NCBI GenBank assembly: GCA_902492105.1
Contig: CABUKD010000002.1
Span: forward strand, 9,155 to 73,154
From: an uncultured Clostridium sp.
GTDB taxonomy: Bacteria > Bacillota > Clostridia > TANB77 > CAG-508
Length of the DNA: 64,000 bases
Direction: 5' to 3'
Below, one piece after another: positions 47,910 through 56,940 of this stretch. Position numbers and translations under genes: made by a program. Positions within the stretch are counted from its first letter, which is position 1, and each line of letters starts with the position of its first letter. Below the pieces are notes generated by a model. The model did no database searches. It saw only the letters and a list, made by a program, of their open reading frames with translations, and was not told the DNA's origin.

Positions 47910-48080
47910 ATGGCAGAACAAAATAATATGGACATGATGAAATTAATGTCTATGCTTTCTAAAATGGATAAAACTCAGTTAGAGCAAGGTTTAGCAAAAG
48001 TAAATCAAATGCTTAGTTCAGAAGATAAAGAAAAATTAATGAATACTTTAAAACAAAATATGAATAACAACAAGCAATAA
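47910..48080 (+). CDS. Small hypothetical protein (56 aa)
   Basis: ATG lies 6 nt after GAGGTGA. The product is MAEQNNMDMMKLMSMLSKMDKTQLEQGLAKVNQMLSSEDKEKLMNTLKQNMNNNKQ. It falls below the ORF-track length cutoff. Its N-terminus is similar in style to the next gene's. Confidence 0.5.
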   Translation: MAEQNNMDMMKLMSMLSKMDKTQLEQGLAKVNQMLSSEDKEKLMNTLKQNMNNNKQ

Positions 48081-48132
48081 AAAATTAAAGTTAGATTTAG
48101 AAACAAAATTAATAAAGAAAAGAGGGCAATAT

Positions 48133-48573
48133 ATGGCTGAAGATATGTCTGATATTTTTCAAAAAATGAATGATATGTTAAAAAATAATCAAATACCAGA
48201 AGATGTGAAAAACATGTTAAATCAGTTTACTTCTGGCTCTTCTAATAATTCTTCTTCAGATGCTTCTACTAAAAATGACACATCTTCTTCCAATGAACCT
48301 GAAAGTTCTACTAGGGAAACAAGCTCTACAGACGATAATCAGACAGAAATTCCTAATTTTGATATTGGTACTATGTTAAAAATGAAATCTATTATTGATA
48401 GTATGAATAAACAACAAAACGATCCTAGAGCTAATTTACTAAGATCTTTAAAACCATATTTAAAAAATAGTAGAAAAGAAAAAGTAGATCAATATATTAA
48501 ATTATTTAGCATGGGAAAAGTATTTGAAATGATAAATCCTCTTGGAGGAGGGGACAAGAAAAATGATGTATAG
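48133..48573 (+). CDS. Hypothetical protein with Ser/Asn-rich linker
   Basis: The 146-aa ORF has an RBS (AGAGGG). The conserved-looking C-terminus is DPRANLLRSLKPYLKNSRKEKVDQYIKLFSMGKVFEM. I do not recognise a family with confidence. Confidence 0.6.
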   Translation: MAEDMSDIFQKMNDMLKNNQIPEDVKNMLNQFTSGSSNNSSSDASTKNDTSSSNEPESSTRETSSTDDNQTEIPNFDIGTMLKMKSIIDSMNKQQNDPRANLLRSLKPYLKNSRKEKVDQYIKLFSMGKVFEMINPLGGGDKKNDV

Positions 48574-48961
48574 TTATCCTTTTTTTAGCTTTCCACGTTT
48601 TAGAAGATATCCGGCTTCAACTACTCCTCCTGCACATGTTCCATATTCTAGCTATGTACCTCAACCTTCTTATGGAAATGTTTCTGCAAGTAATAGACCT
48701 TTTGTTCCTAGTTCTACTCCTTATGCACGTTCTAAGCCTAATTCTCCTACTTCTTCCAAATCAAAGAACGAAGAACGAGAAAATAGAGAAAAATCCGCTT
48801 ATAAAACGGATTTGAAAGAGGAAAATGTCTTATTTGAAATATTTGGAATAAAGTTATACTATGATGACATTTTGCTTATTTGCCTAATTTTCTTTTTATA
48901 TCAAGAAGAAGTAAATGATCCTTATTTATTTATTGCCTTAATTTTATTGTTGCTTAGCTAA
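48563..48961 (+). CDS. Hypothetical Pro/Ser-rich protein with C-terminal hydrophobic tail
   Basis: The likely start is ATG 48563, downstream of GGAGGAGGGG and overlapping the previous stop. The C-terminus is LFEIFGIKLYYDDILLICLIFFLYQEEVNDPYLFIALILLLLS. Confidence 0.55.
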   Translation: MMYSYPFFSFPRFRRYPASTTPPAHVPYSSYVPQPSYGNVSASNRPFVPSSTPYARSKPNSPTSSKSKNEERENREKSAYKTDLKEENVLFEIFGIKLYYDDILLICLIFFLYQEEVNDPYLFIALILLLLS

Positions 48962-49027
48962 AATGGTAATACATGCTAACACATATTACCATTTTAAAAA
49001 TTGTTTTTAATTTATTTGTTTTTTCTT

Positions 49028-50413
49028 CTATAAATTACTTGGTTTAGGTGTTGTTGTATTTGTACCACAATTTTCAAACATATAATTTGTGTTTTCTACA
49101 TTTGTTAAATCCCAATTATCTCCTACATAAATAGTAGTTAAATTTGTACAACTAGCAAACATAGCCTCCATTTCTTGCATACTACTTGTATCCAAACTAC
49201 TCAAATCCAAATTTGTTAAGCTAGAACAACTCAAGAACATCCAACCCGTACTTATAACATTACTTGTATCAAAACCGCTTAAATCTAAATTTGTTAGATT
49301 TGTGCAACCATTGAACATATGTTGCATATCTGTTGTTTTACTTGTATCAAAATTGCTTAAATCTAAGCTTGTTAAACCACTACAATTTTGAAACATAAAA
49401 TACATAACTACAACATTACTTGTATCAAAACCACTTAAATTCAAACTTGTTAAGCTAGAACAATTTGCAAACATAGCTGCCATATTTTCAACATTATTTG
49501 TATTAAAACTACTTAAATTCAAACTTGTTAAATTTGTGCAACTATTAAATATATTTTGCATATCTACAACATTGCTTGTATCAAAACCACTTAAATTCAA
49601 ACTTGTTAAGCTACTACAAGCATAAAACATTGATGCCATATCTTCTACTTTACCTGTATTAAAGTTTTCTAAGCCTAAAATCTCAGTTAAATTACCACAA
49701 TGTGCAAACATTGCTGCCATGTTTGTTACATTACTTGTATTAAAACTACTTAGGTCTAAAGTTGCTAAACTGCTACATGTATCAAACATACTCAACATGC
49801 TTTTAACTTCACTTGTATCTATCTTCTCAATATTTTCAAATTCAGTTAAGTTTATGCAACTGTCAAACCAACTAGACATTGATATTGGGACTATTTCATC
49901 TACTATACTTGCTTTTGTTATTAGTGATGCTTCGTTAAACCATGGGGTATCACTCATTCTGTTGTTAGCTGCATTTTCGTCTGTCCAACTCTTATATTCT
50001 TGTCCTTTTATATTTCCATACTGTTTTACTATTGTTTTTCCTTCTATAGGTTCACTTTGTGTTCCAAATGTTAATGTTCCATCATCATATAAAAATACAT
50101 ATATATCGGTTGCTCTTGAATTCTTTCCTAATTCTTCATTTAATTCATTTAATAAACTATTTAAACTTTCTTGTTCATTTGCTACTGCATTTTCCCATGT
50201 GTTTTTTGCTTCTTGGGCTGTTCTGATAATTCCATTTTCTCCTAATAACATATTAATTGTAATACCTGCTAAAATAAGTAGTATAATAATTGTTACTACT
50301 AGTGCTATTAATGTAATTCCTTTTTCTGCATATTTTTTTAAATTATTTTTTTCTTTTTTGCATAGCACAGTTCCTTGCTTTCCATTTTTTACTTTTTCTT
50401 GTGTTCCTTGCAT
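49028..50413 (-). CDS. Prepilin-like N-terminus fused to DUF285/BspA-type leucine-rich repeats
   Basis: The N-terminus ...KKYAEKG|ITLIALVVTIIILLILAGITINMLLGENGII has a 31-aa leader and Ala at +5. About 10 repeats follow the pattern L(D/N)LS.F(D/N)TSNV..M..MF..C..LT. The RBS is AGGAGGA. Confidence 0.85.
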   Translation of the reverse strand: MQGTQEKVKNGKQGTVLCKKEKNNLKKYAEKGITLIALVVTIIILLILAGITINMLLGENGIIRTAQEAKNTWENAVANEQESLNSLLNELNEELGKNSRATDIYVFLYDDGTLTFGTQSEPIEGKTIVKQYGNIKGQEYKSWTDENAANNRMSDTPWFNEASLITKASIVDEIVPISMSSWFDSCINLTEFENIEKIDTSEVKSMLSMFDTCSSLATLDLSSFNTSNVTNMAAMFAHCGNLTEILGLENFNTGKVEDMASMFYACSSLTSLNLSGFDTSNVVDMQNIFNSCTNLTSLNLSSFNTNNVENMAAMFANCSSLTSLNLSGFDTSNVVVMYFMFQNCSGLTSLDLSNFDTSKTTDMQHMFNGCTNLTNLDLSGFDTSNVISTGWMFLSCSSLTNLDLSSLDTSSMQEMEAMFASCTNLTTIYVGDNWDLTNVENTNYMFENCGTNTTTPKPSNL

Positions 50414-50624
50414 TCTTTATTCCTCCTACTTACTTCTTTATATAATTTTAATATTTAAACTAATAAAAATTGCAGTATTACCTTTATTTTTTCCATCTTT
50501 TTACTTTTTATTCTTATTCTATTAGTTTTGTATTCTTTTCTTTATTTATGTTCCTTGTTAATTGCTTTATTATTTAAAAGTTTGTTCTTAGTTTATTTCA
50601 TTATACTATTCTTTTATTTCTATG

Positions 50625-50867
50625 TAAAGAAAAAGAAGATGAATTATGTATTTTTTACATAATCCATCTTTTAAATTTTCATACTTGATATATAATCTGG
50701 GTACAACAAATAAAACTAAATTTACTTTAGTTGTTGGCTTAAATTGTAACTCTCTCTCTCTCTCTCTCTCTTACTATTTCAGTACTTTCAAGCATTTTAG
50801 CTATTTCTCCTTCGCTTTTTCTTCTTTTTTCTGTTCACATTATACCAATATCTCTTTTACTTTGCAA
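50625..50867 (-). promoter_or_regulatory. Leader module copy 3: promoter, leader ORF with (AG)11, intrinsic terminator
   Basis: On the minus strand the promoter is TTGCAA (50867-50862), N17, TATAAT (50844-50839). GGAG (50810-50807) lies 11 nt before ATG 50795-50793. The terminator arms are 50670-50656 and 50650-50636, followed by CUUUUUCUUU. Confidence 0.7.
50750..50771. repeat. (CT)11 / (AG)11 microsatellite
   Basis: Counted directly: 11 CT units between ttgtaa and tactat. Confidence 0.97.
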
Positions 50868-51078
50868 GTACTTTTTTCTCTTTTATTTTTCTTCTGTTTT
50901 TTCTCTTTTTATCTTCATTTTTTGTTGATATTTATGAATCCTCTAAACATGGTCAACAGCCTTATTTTCGTTCTGATTTATTAAAGCTTCATCTCTATGG
51001 CTATATCTCTGCTATTCGTTCTTCTCGTAAACTTTCTGCTGCTTGTCATTTTAAAAATTGTTTTTATTTTTTCTTCTA

Positions 51079-52371
51079 TCAATTACTTGGTTTAGGTGTT
51101 GTTGTATTTACACCACAATTTGCAAACATATTACTTGTATTTTCTACATTCGTTAAGTCCCAATTATCTCCTACATAAATTACAGTTAAATTTTCACAAC
51201 CTGCAAATATATGATTCATATCTGACACCCTACTCGTATCAAAAGTACTTACGTCTAGACTTGTTAAAGTTCTACAATTAAAAAACATATCTCCCATATT
51301 TGTAACTTTGCTTGTATTAAAACTACTTAGGTTTAAATTTTGCAAATTATTACATTCATAAAACATTGCTCTCATATCTGTAACGTTGCTTGTATCAAAT
51401 TTTTCTAGACCAGTAATTTCTGTTAAATTAATACAGTGGTCAAACATTCCATTCATACTTTTCACACTGCTTGTATCAAAATTACTTAAATCTAAATTTG
51501 TTAAACTAATACCAGCAAACATTGCTTTCATACTTTCTACATTACTTGTGTTAAAATTATTGAGATTTAGATTAGTTAAACTACCACAATTAGCAAACAT
51601 TATTTCCATATCTATTACATTACTTGTATCAAATTTTTCTAGACCAATAATCTCTATCAAGTTATCACAGTGGTTAAACATCCCATTCATATTTGTCACA
51701 TTACTTGTATCAAAACTACTTAAGTCTAAAGTTGCTAAACTACTACATGTATCGAACATCCCGCTCATACTTTTCACTTCACTTGTATCTATCTTCTCAA
51801 TATTTTCAAATTCAGTTAAGTTTATGCAACTATCAAACCAACTAGACATTGATGTTGGTACTATTTCATCTATTATACTTACTTTAGTTATTAGTGATGT
51901 TTCGTTAAACCATGGAGTATCACTCACTATATTGTTATCTTCATCTGCCCAACTCTTATATTCCTGTCCTTTTATATTTCCATATTCTTTTACTACTGTT
52001 TTTCCTTCTATTGGTTCACTTGCATTGCTAAATGCTAATGTTCCATCATCATATAAGTAAACATAGATATCTTTACTTTTATCTGTTAATATTTCATCTA
52101 ATTCGGCTATTAAACTGTTTAAATTCTCTTGGTCATTAATAATGGCATTCTCCCATGTGTTTTTTGCTTCTTGGGCTGTTCTGATAATTCCATTTTCTCC
52201 TAATAACATATTAATTGTAATACCTGCTAAAATAAGTAGTATTATAATTGTTACTACTAGTGCTATTAATGTAATTCCTTTTTCTGTATATTTTTTTGAA
52301 TTATTTTTTTCTTCTTTGCATAGCACAGTTCCTTGCTTTCCATTCTTTACTTTTTCTTGTGTTCCTTGCAT
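51079..52371 (-). CDS. Prepilin-like N-terminus fused to DUF285/BspA-type leucine-rich repeats (paralog of 49028..50413)
   Basis: The first ~130 aa and the last ~40 aa are nearly identical to the neighbouring paralog. The LRR units follow the same consensus. Confidence 0.85.
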   Translation of the reverse strand: MQGTQEKVKNGKQGTVLCKEEKNNSKKYTEKGITLIALVVTIIILLILAGITINMLLGENGIIRTAQEAKNTWENAIINDQENLNSLIAELDEILTDKSKDIYVYLYDDGTLAFSNASEPIEGKTVVKEYGNIKGQEYKSWADEDNNIVSDTPWFNETSLITKVSIIDEIVPTSMSSWFDSCINLTEFENIEKIDTSEVKSMSGMFDTCSSLATLDLSSFDTSNVTNMNGMFNHCDNLIEIIGLEKFDTSNVIDMEIMFANCGSLTNLNLNNFNTSNVESMKAMFAGISLTNLDLSNFDTSSVKSMNGMFDHCINLTEITGLEKFDTSNVTDMRAMFYECNNLQNLNLSSFNTSKVTNMGDMFFNCRTLTSLDVSTFDTSRVSDMNHIFAGCENLTVIYVGDNWDLTNVENTSNMFANCGVNTTTPKPSN

Positions 52372-52474
52372 TTTTTATTCCTCCTATTCGCTCTTTTATA
52401 TAATTTTAATATTTAAATTAATTCTTATTTTATTTCATTATCCTATTTTTTTATTTCTTCATAAACAAAAATTT

Positions 52475-52703
52475 AAGATGAATTATGTATTTTTTTACAT
52501 AACCCATCTTTTACATTTTGATATTTTATATATAATTTTGCTACAACAAATAAAACTAAATTTACTTTAGTTGTTGGTTTAAATTGTAACTCTCTCTCTC
52601 TCTCTCTCTCTTACTGTTTCAGGCATTTTGTGCATTATTCTACTTTCTCCTTTGCTTTTTTATTTTCTATATTCATTATAACAATATTTTTTTCAGTTTT
52701 CAA
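52475..52703 (-). promoter_or_regulatory. Leader module copy 4: promoter, leader ORF with (AG)11, hairpin
   Basis: On the minus strand the promoter is TTGAAA (52703-52698), N17, TATAAT (52680-52675). GGAG (52650-52647) lies 11 nt before ATG 52635-52633. The hairpin arms are 52510-52496 and 52489-52475. The U tract (AAAUUUUUG) is weaker than in the other copies. Confidence 0.65.
52590..52611. repeat. (CT)11 / (AG)11 microsatellite
   Basis: Counted directly: 11 CT units between ttgtaa and tactg. Confidence 0.97.
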
Positions 52704-52746
52704 TCATTTTTTCTTCTTTTATTTTTTATTTTGATAAAATAAAAAT

Positions 52747-53361
52747 TTATTCCAAAACAACCTCATCATTCTCGTTCACATATGCGCAGGTTTTTAAATT
52801 GCCTTCTATTTCTTCTTTTTCTATTTCTTTTACAATGTTAGCAATACGAACTTGTGGAGATTCTATAGAGGCTGCTGCAATAATTGCCTCTTTATTTCCT
52901 TTTGCTCCTGCATGAGCCATGCCTCTTAGAATACCAAGCACTACAATGTTTTCACCTGCTAGTACTTCAGCTCCTCCATTAACATCTCCTAAAATAACAA
53001 GACTTCCTTCAAATTCAATTTTTTGACCTGAACGTAGGGATCCTCTATGAAATTTAGTTTCTGATGTGGCAATTTCTTTGCTAAAACTTTTTTTGATTCC
53101 ATGCAATCCTAAGATTTTTGGACTATCAAATTCTATTTCTACAGGTATTACTTTTTGAATGATATCTTGAATTTGTTCCATTTCTGCATTTTTAAATACT
53201 TTTCCAGTTACTAAAATTGGTGTAGTATCTTCTTGATATAGTTTTTTTAGTTCTGGTAATTTTTTCTTTAAATCAGATAAAATTTGCTTTTGTTCTGCTT
53301 CTTCTTCAATTTTTAATACTACTTTGTCTTTTTTGGTTTGAATACTAATACAATTCTTCAT
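52747..53361 (-). CDS. minC: Septum site-determining protein MinC
   Basis: The C-terminal beta-helix motif is LRSGQKIEFEGSLVILGDVNGGAEVLAGENIVVLGILRGMAHAG. It follows the mre/PBP2 genes, as is usual in Clostridia. Confidence 0.88.
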   Translation of the reverse strand: MKNCISIQTKKDKVVLKIEEEAEQKQILSDLKKKLPELKKLYQEDTTPILVTGKVFKNAEMEQIQDIIQKVIPVEIEFDSPKILGLHGIKKSFSKEIATSETKFHRGSLRSGQKIEFEGSLVILGDVNGGAEVLAGENIVVLGILRGMAHAGAKGNKEAIIAAASIESPQVRIANIVKEIEKEEIEGNLKTCAYVNENDEVVLE

Positions 53362-53395
53362 TTTTTCGTCTCCATTCTTTTTATTTTTTTACTGC

Positions 53396-55495
53396 TTACC
53401 TTGCTGTTTGTGTACTTGGAATTGCTGTTACATCTTCTGTTACTTTTTTGGCATTCATGCCAAAATACGCTTGCATAATTTCTTTTGCAGTAGGTGCTGT
53501 ATTTCCACCAGATCCTGCATTTTCTATTAATACTACTACTGCTATTTCTGGATCATCATATGGTGCAAAACCAGTAAACCATCCATTAACTTTATTATCT
53601 TGTCCCGTTTCTGCAGAACCTGTTTTACCTGCTATGTCCATACCAAAATCTGAAAAAATATAGTAAGCTGTTCCTCCATATTCACTAGTAACACCTTTCA
53701 TTCCTTTACGGATAGTTGCCAATGTTTCTTCTTTTACATCTAAGCTTTTTACTGTAGTACTATTATCAATTCCTAATTTGCTATTGACAGTTTGTTCAAT
53801 TTTTTCTTTAGAAATTTGATTTCCTTCCGAATCCGTAATAGCTTTAATAAGTGTAACATCTATTTGTTTTCCTCCATTTGCTATCATACTAATATATCTT
53901 GCCATTTGGATTGGAGTATAAGAGTTATAGCTTTGTCCAATAACAGCAGATAATGTATCTCCAAATTGCCAGTCTACACCTGTAACGTCTTTGCAATAAT
54001 CTTTTAATTCTACAATACCGTCTTCTTCTCCTGAAAGTTCAATTCCTGTTTTATTACCTAGTCCAAATTTTTTAGCATATTCAATAACAGGATCTATTCC
54101 CATACGATAACCTAGTTCATAGAAGAAGTAATTGCAAGATTTTTGGATTGCTTGTTTAATATTTAAATAACCATGTCCATAATGATATTGGGTATAATAC
54201 CAACATGCTGGATGATAGCCCCTTGGATAAAGTCCTGTATCATTAATTTGTGTTTTGGTAGTAATGGTTCCTGTTTCTAGTGCTGCTGTTGCTACCACCA
54301 TTTTAAAAGTAGAACCCGGTGCATAAGTACCTGAAATTGCTCTATTGTATAAATTCTTACCTTTGTTATATTCTGCTAATTTTTTTTCACTAATACCATT
54401 AATAAAAAGTTCTGGCTCGTAATCTGGGTAACTTGCCAATGCTAAAATTTCTCCTGTTTTTACATTCATAACAATAGCAGCCCCTGCATTTGCATCATAC
54501 TTTTCCCCATATTTTCCACTTGCTAGTTTGTGAATATTATCTTTTAGAATTTTTTCTGTTTCCTTTTGCAAATTAGCATCAATGGTTAACGTAACATTGT
54601 TACCTGCAACCGCTTCTTTGGTAATATATTCTCCTGTAATAGTTCCATCTACAGACATATCTATTTGTCTAACACCATCTTGTCCTTTTAGATAATCCTC
54701 TAAAGTATACTGTATTCCTGTTTTTCCTATTATGTCGTTCATTTGGTAAGTTTCTTTTCTAGTTTCATATTCTTCTGCCGAAATGGCACTTACATATCCT
54801 AAAATATGAGAAGCTAGTGTTCCATATGGATATGTTACAATTGGTTCTGTAATAACTGCTGTTCCTGGGAAACGGTTACTTTGTTCTTTTATTTGGCTTA
54901 CACTAGTACTACTAATATCTTTTGCTATTGTAACAGGTTTAATATTACTAAATCCATTTTTCGTAATTTCATAACGAACTACCATAATTTTTCTAGCTTT
55001 TTTGGCATCATCTTCTTGTATTTCGTATTTTTCTTTCAATTTTTGAAAGGCTTCTTCTGCACTTGCATTTTCGTCTATTTCGTTTTCTCTTTTCCATTGT
55101 TTTTGAGTTTCTTCGTTTTTACTGGTAAAGGCATATGGTTCTACGGTAATTGGTAAATTATCTATGTAATTATCTTCATTTTTTTCTAATAATTCTATTA
55201 AGTTTAATATTGCAGTATTAAAAGTTTGATTATCTACTTTTGTTTTATATAATTCCAAACTAAATCCCGTTTTGGTTGTTACCAATTTATTTCCTAAAGC
55301 GTCTGTAATGTCACCTCTTGCTGCCTTTAAAGTGGATTCTCTAGATAATCTTGTATTGGAAGTTTCTCTATATTCTTCTCCATGCACCACTTGTAAATTA
55401 AAAAGTTGGATTAATAAAATGACTCCAACTATATATATGATAATGGTAATAATATTATATCGCAATTTTTCACTTCTGGTATTTTTATCTTCCAA
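53396..55495 (-). CDS. mrdA: Penicillin-binding protein 2 (class B transpeptidase, MrdA/SpoVD-like)
   Basis: It has an N-terminal TM helix, a PBP dimerisation region, and the motifs STFK (GSTFKMV), SCN and KTGSAE. Confidence 0.9.
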   Translation of the reverse strand: MEDKNTRSEKLRYNIITIIIYIVGVILLIQLFNLQVVHGEEYRETSNTRLSRESTLKAARGDITDALGNKLVTTKTGFSLELYKTKVDNQTFNTAILNLIELLEKNEDNYIDNLPITVEPYAFTSKNEETQKQWKRENEIDENASAEEAFQKLKEKYEIQEDDAKKARKIMVVRYEITKNGFSNIKPVTIAKDISSTSVSQIKEQSNRFPGTAVITEPIVTYPYGTLASHILGYVSAISAEEYETRKETYQMNDIIGKTGIQYTLEDYLKGQDGVRQIDMSVDGTITGEYITKEAVAGNNVTLTIDANLQKETEKILKDNIHKLASGKYGEKYDANAGAAIVMNVKTGEILALASYPDYEPELFINGISEKKLAEYNKGKNLYNRAISGTYAPGSTFKMVVATAALETGTITTKTQINDTGLYPRGYHPACWYYTQYHYGHGYLNIKQAIQKSCNYFFYELGYRMGIDPVIEYAKKFGLGNKTGIELSGEEDGIVELKDYCKDVTGVDWQFGDTLSAVIGQSYNSYTPIQMARYISMIANGGKQIDVTLIKAITDSEGNQISKEKIEQTVNSKLGIDNSTTVKSLDVKEETLATIRKGMKGVTSEYGGTAYYIFSDFGMDIAGKTGSAETGQDNKVNGWFTGFAPYDDPEIAVVVLIENAGSGGNTAPTAKEIMQAYFGMNAKKVTEDVTAIPSTQTAR

Positions 55496-55555
55496 CTTTT
55501 CACCTTCTTTTATGACTTATTTTTGATTTTTATATTTAATTTGCTTTAATTTTTA

Positions 55556-56089
55556 TTAAAAATATCTTGTGAGTACATTTTTGTTTTTAAAAATTCCTTC
55601 TACCATATATCCTACTTTTTGTAAAAGTGGATATATGATAATTACTAATATAACATTAAATAATGTTTCTATTGCTAATATTTTTATAAATGGTAATATT
55701 TCAATTGGTACTGACCATCTTATCATTTGGAAAATATAATATCCTATTTCATAAAATAGAGTACTTGCTATTACCATTAGCATCATAGTTATACGGCTAT
55801 CTTTTGAAAAATTTTTATCTACATATTCTGCTAAAAGTCCTATGATGCCTAGCATAAGCCCTGATATTCCAATTGATTTTCCTACCAAAAAATCTAAATA
55901 AATGCCAAAGATAATCCCAAAGATAAGTCCCATTTTTTTCCCAATAAATAAGCCTATAAATAAAATAAATATAACAAATAAGTTTGGCATTACTCCACTA
56001 ATTGTAAACCAGGTGAAAAAATTAGCTTGCAGAAAATAGAGAATAAAAAAAGTAAAAATAATGCCTAATACTACTAAAAATTTCTTCAC
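55556..56089 (-). CDS. mreD: Rod shape-determining protein MreD
   Basis: The 177-aa polytopic membrane protein lies immediately after mreC. Confidence 0.85.
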   Translation of the reverse strand: MKKFLVVLGIIFTFFILYFLQANFFTWFTISGVMPNLFVIFILFIGLFIGKKMGLIFGIIFGIYLDFLVGKSIGISGLMLGIIGLLAEYVDKNFSKDSRITMMLMVIASTLFYEIGYYIFQMIRWSVPIEILPFIKILAIETLFNVILVIIIYPLLQKVGYMVEGIFKNKNVLTRYF

Positions 56090-56109
56090 CAGTTCACCTA
56101 CTTTCTTTT

Positions 56110-56928
56110 TTAGTGATTTGTAATAACTAATACTGTTTCTAATTTTTCAAAATCTACTGCTGTTTCTATATAAGCATAACGATCAATTACATTTTTGGTA
56201 TTTACAATTTGTTTAATGGTTCCTATGTGAATACCTTTTGGATAAATTCCTCCAATACCAGATGTTTCTACACTATCGTTTTCTAATAAGGTAGCATCTG
56301 TTGGAATATAAGTAGCTTTTAAGGTATTGTTATTTTCTAAAGTACCATTTACAATAATGGTATCTCTAGAAGTGTTAATAATGCTACTTACAGAAGTGGA
56401 AGTATCAATAATTGTTTGTACTTTTGCCGTATTTTTGGTAGTAGAAAGTACATATCCTACTAGTCCTTTATCTGCAATTACTGTCATATTAGGTTTAATT
56501 CCGTCTTCCTCTCCTACATTAATTACAATGGTTTTGGTATAATTACTGATATCTCTATTAATAATGTAAGCTGGTATTGTTTCATATTCTGGATATTTAT
56601 CTTTTAAATTGACATATTCTTTTAATGTTTCATTTTCTGATTGAATAATTTCTAGTTCTCTTAGAGATTGCTCTAATTCACTGTTTTTTTGTTTTAAACT
56701 TTCATTTTCAGCTTTTAAAGTCTCCATATCTATAAAAAAATTTTCATTTCCAGCAATTTTATTTTTTAAATAAGTAAGACCACTTTGAATTGGCATTACA
56801 ATACTATTAAATATATTTTCTAAATAAGAAATTTTTTGAATATCGGTATTAGATAAAATAACTACTAAAATTAAAATAATTATTGTAATAATAATGCCAA
56901 TCATTCCAGTTTTCTTATTTTTATACAT
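56110..56928 (-). CDS. mreC: Rod shape-determining protein MreC
   Basis: It has an N-terminal TM helix, a coiled coil (LKAENESLKQKNSELEQSLRELE) and a C-terminal beta domain (VIADKGLVGYV...TSGIGGIYPKGIHIGTI). Confidence 0.9.
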   Translation of the reverse strand: MYKNKKTGMIGIIITIIILILVVILSNTDIQKISYLENIFNSIVMPIQSGLTYLKNKIAGNENFFIDMETLKAENESLKQKNSELEQSLRELEIIQSENETLKEYVNLKDKYPEYETIPAYIINRDISNYTKTIVINVGEEDGIKPNMTVIADKGLVGYVLSTTKNTAKVQTIIDTSTSVSSIINTSRDTIIVNGTLENNNTLKATYIPTDATLLENDSVETSGIGGIYPKGIHIGTIKQIVNTKNVIDRYAYIETAVDFEKLETVLVITNH

Positions 56929-56940
56929 AGTTTCTAGCTC

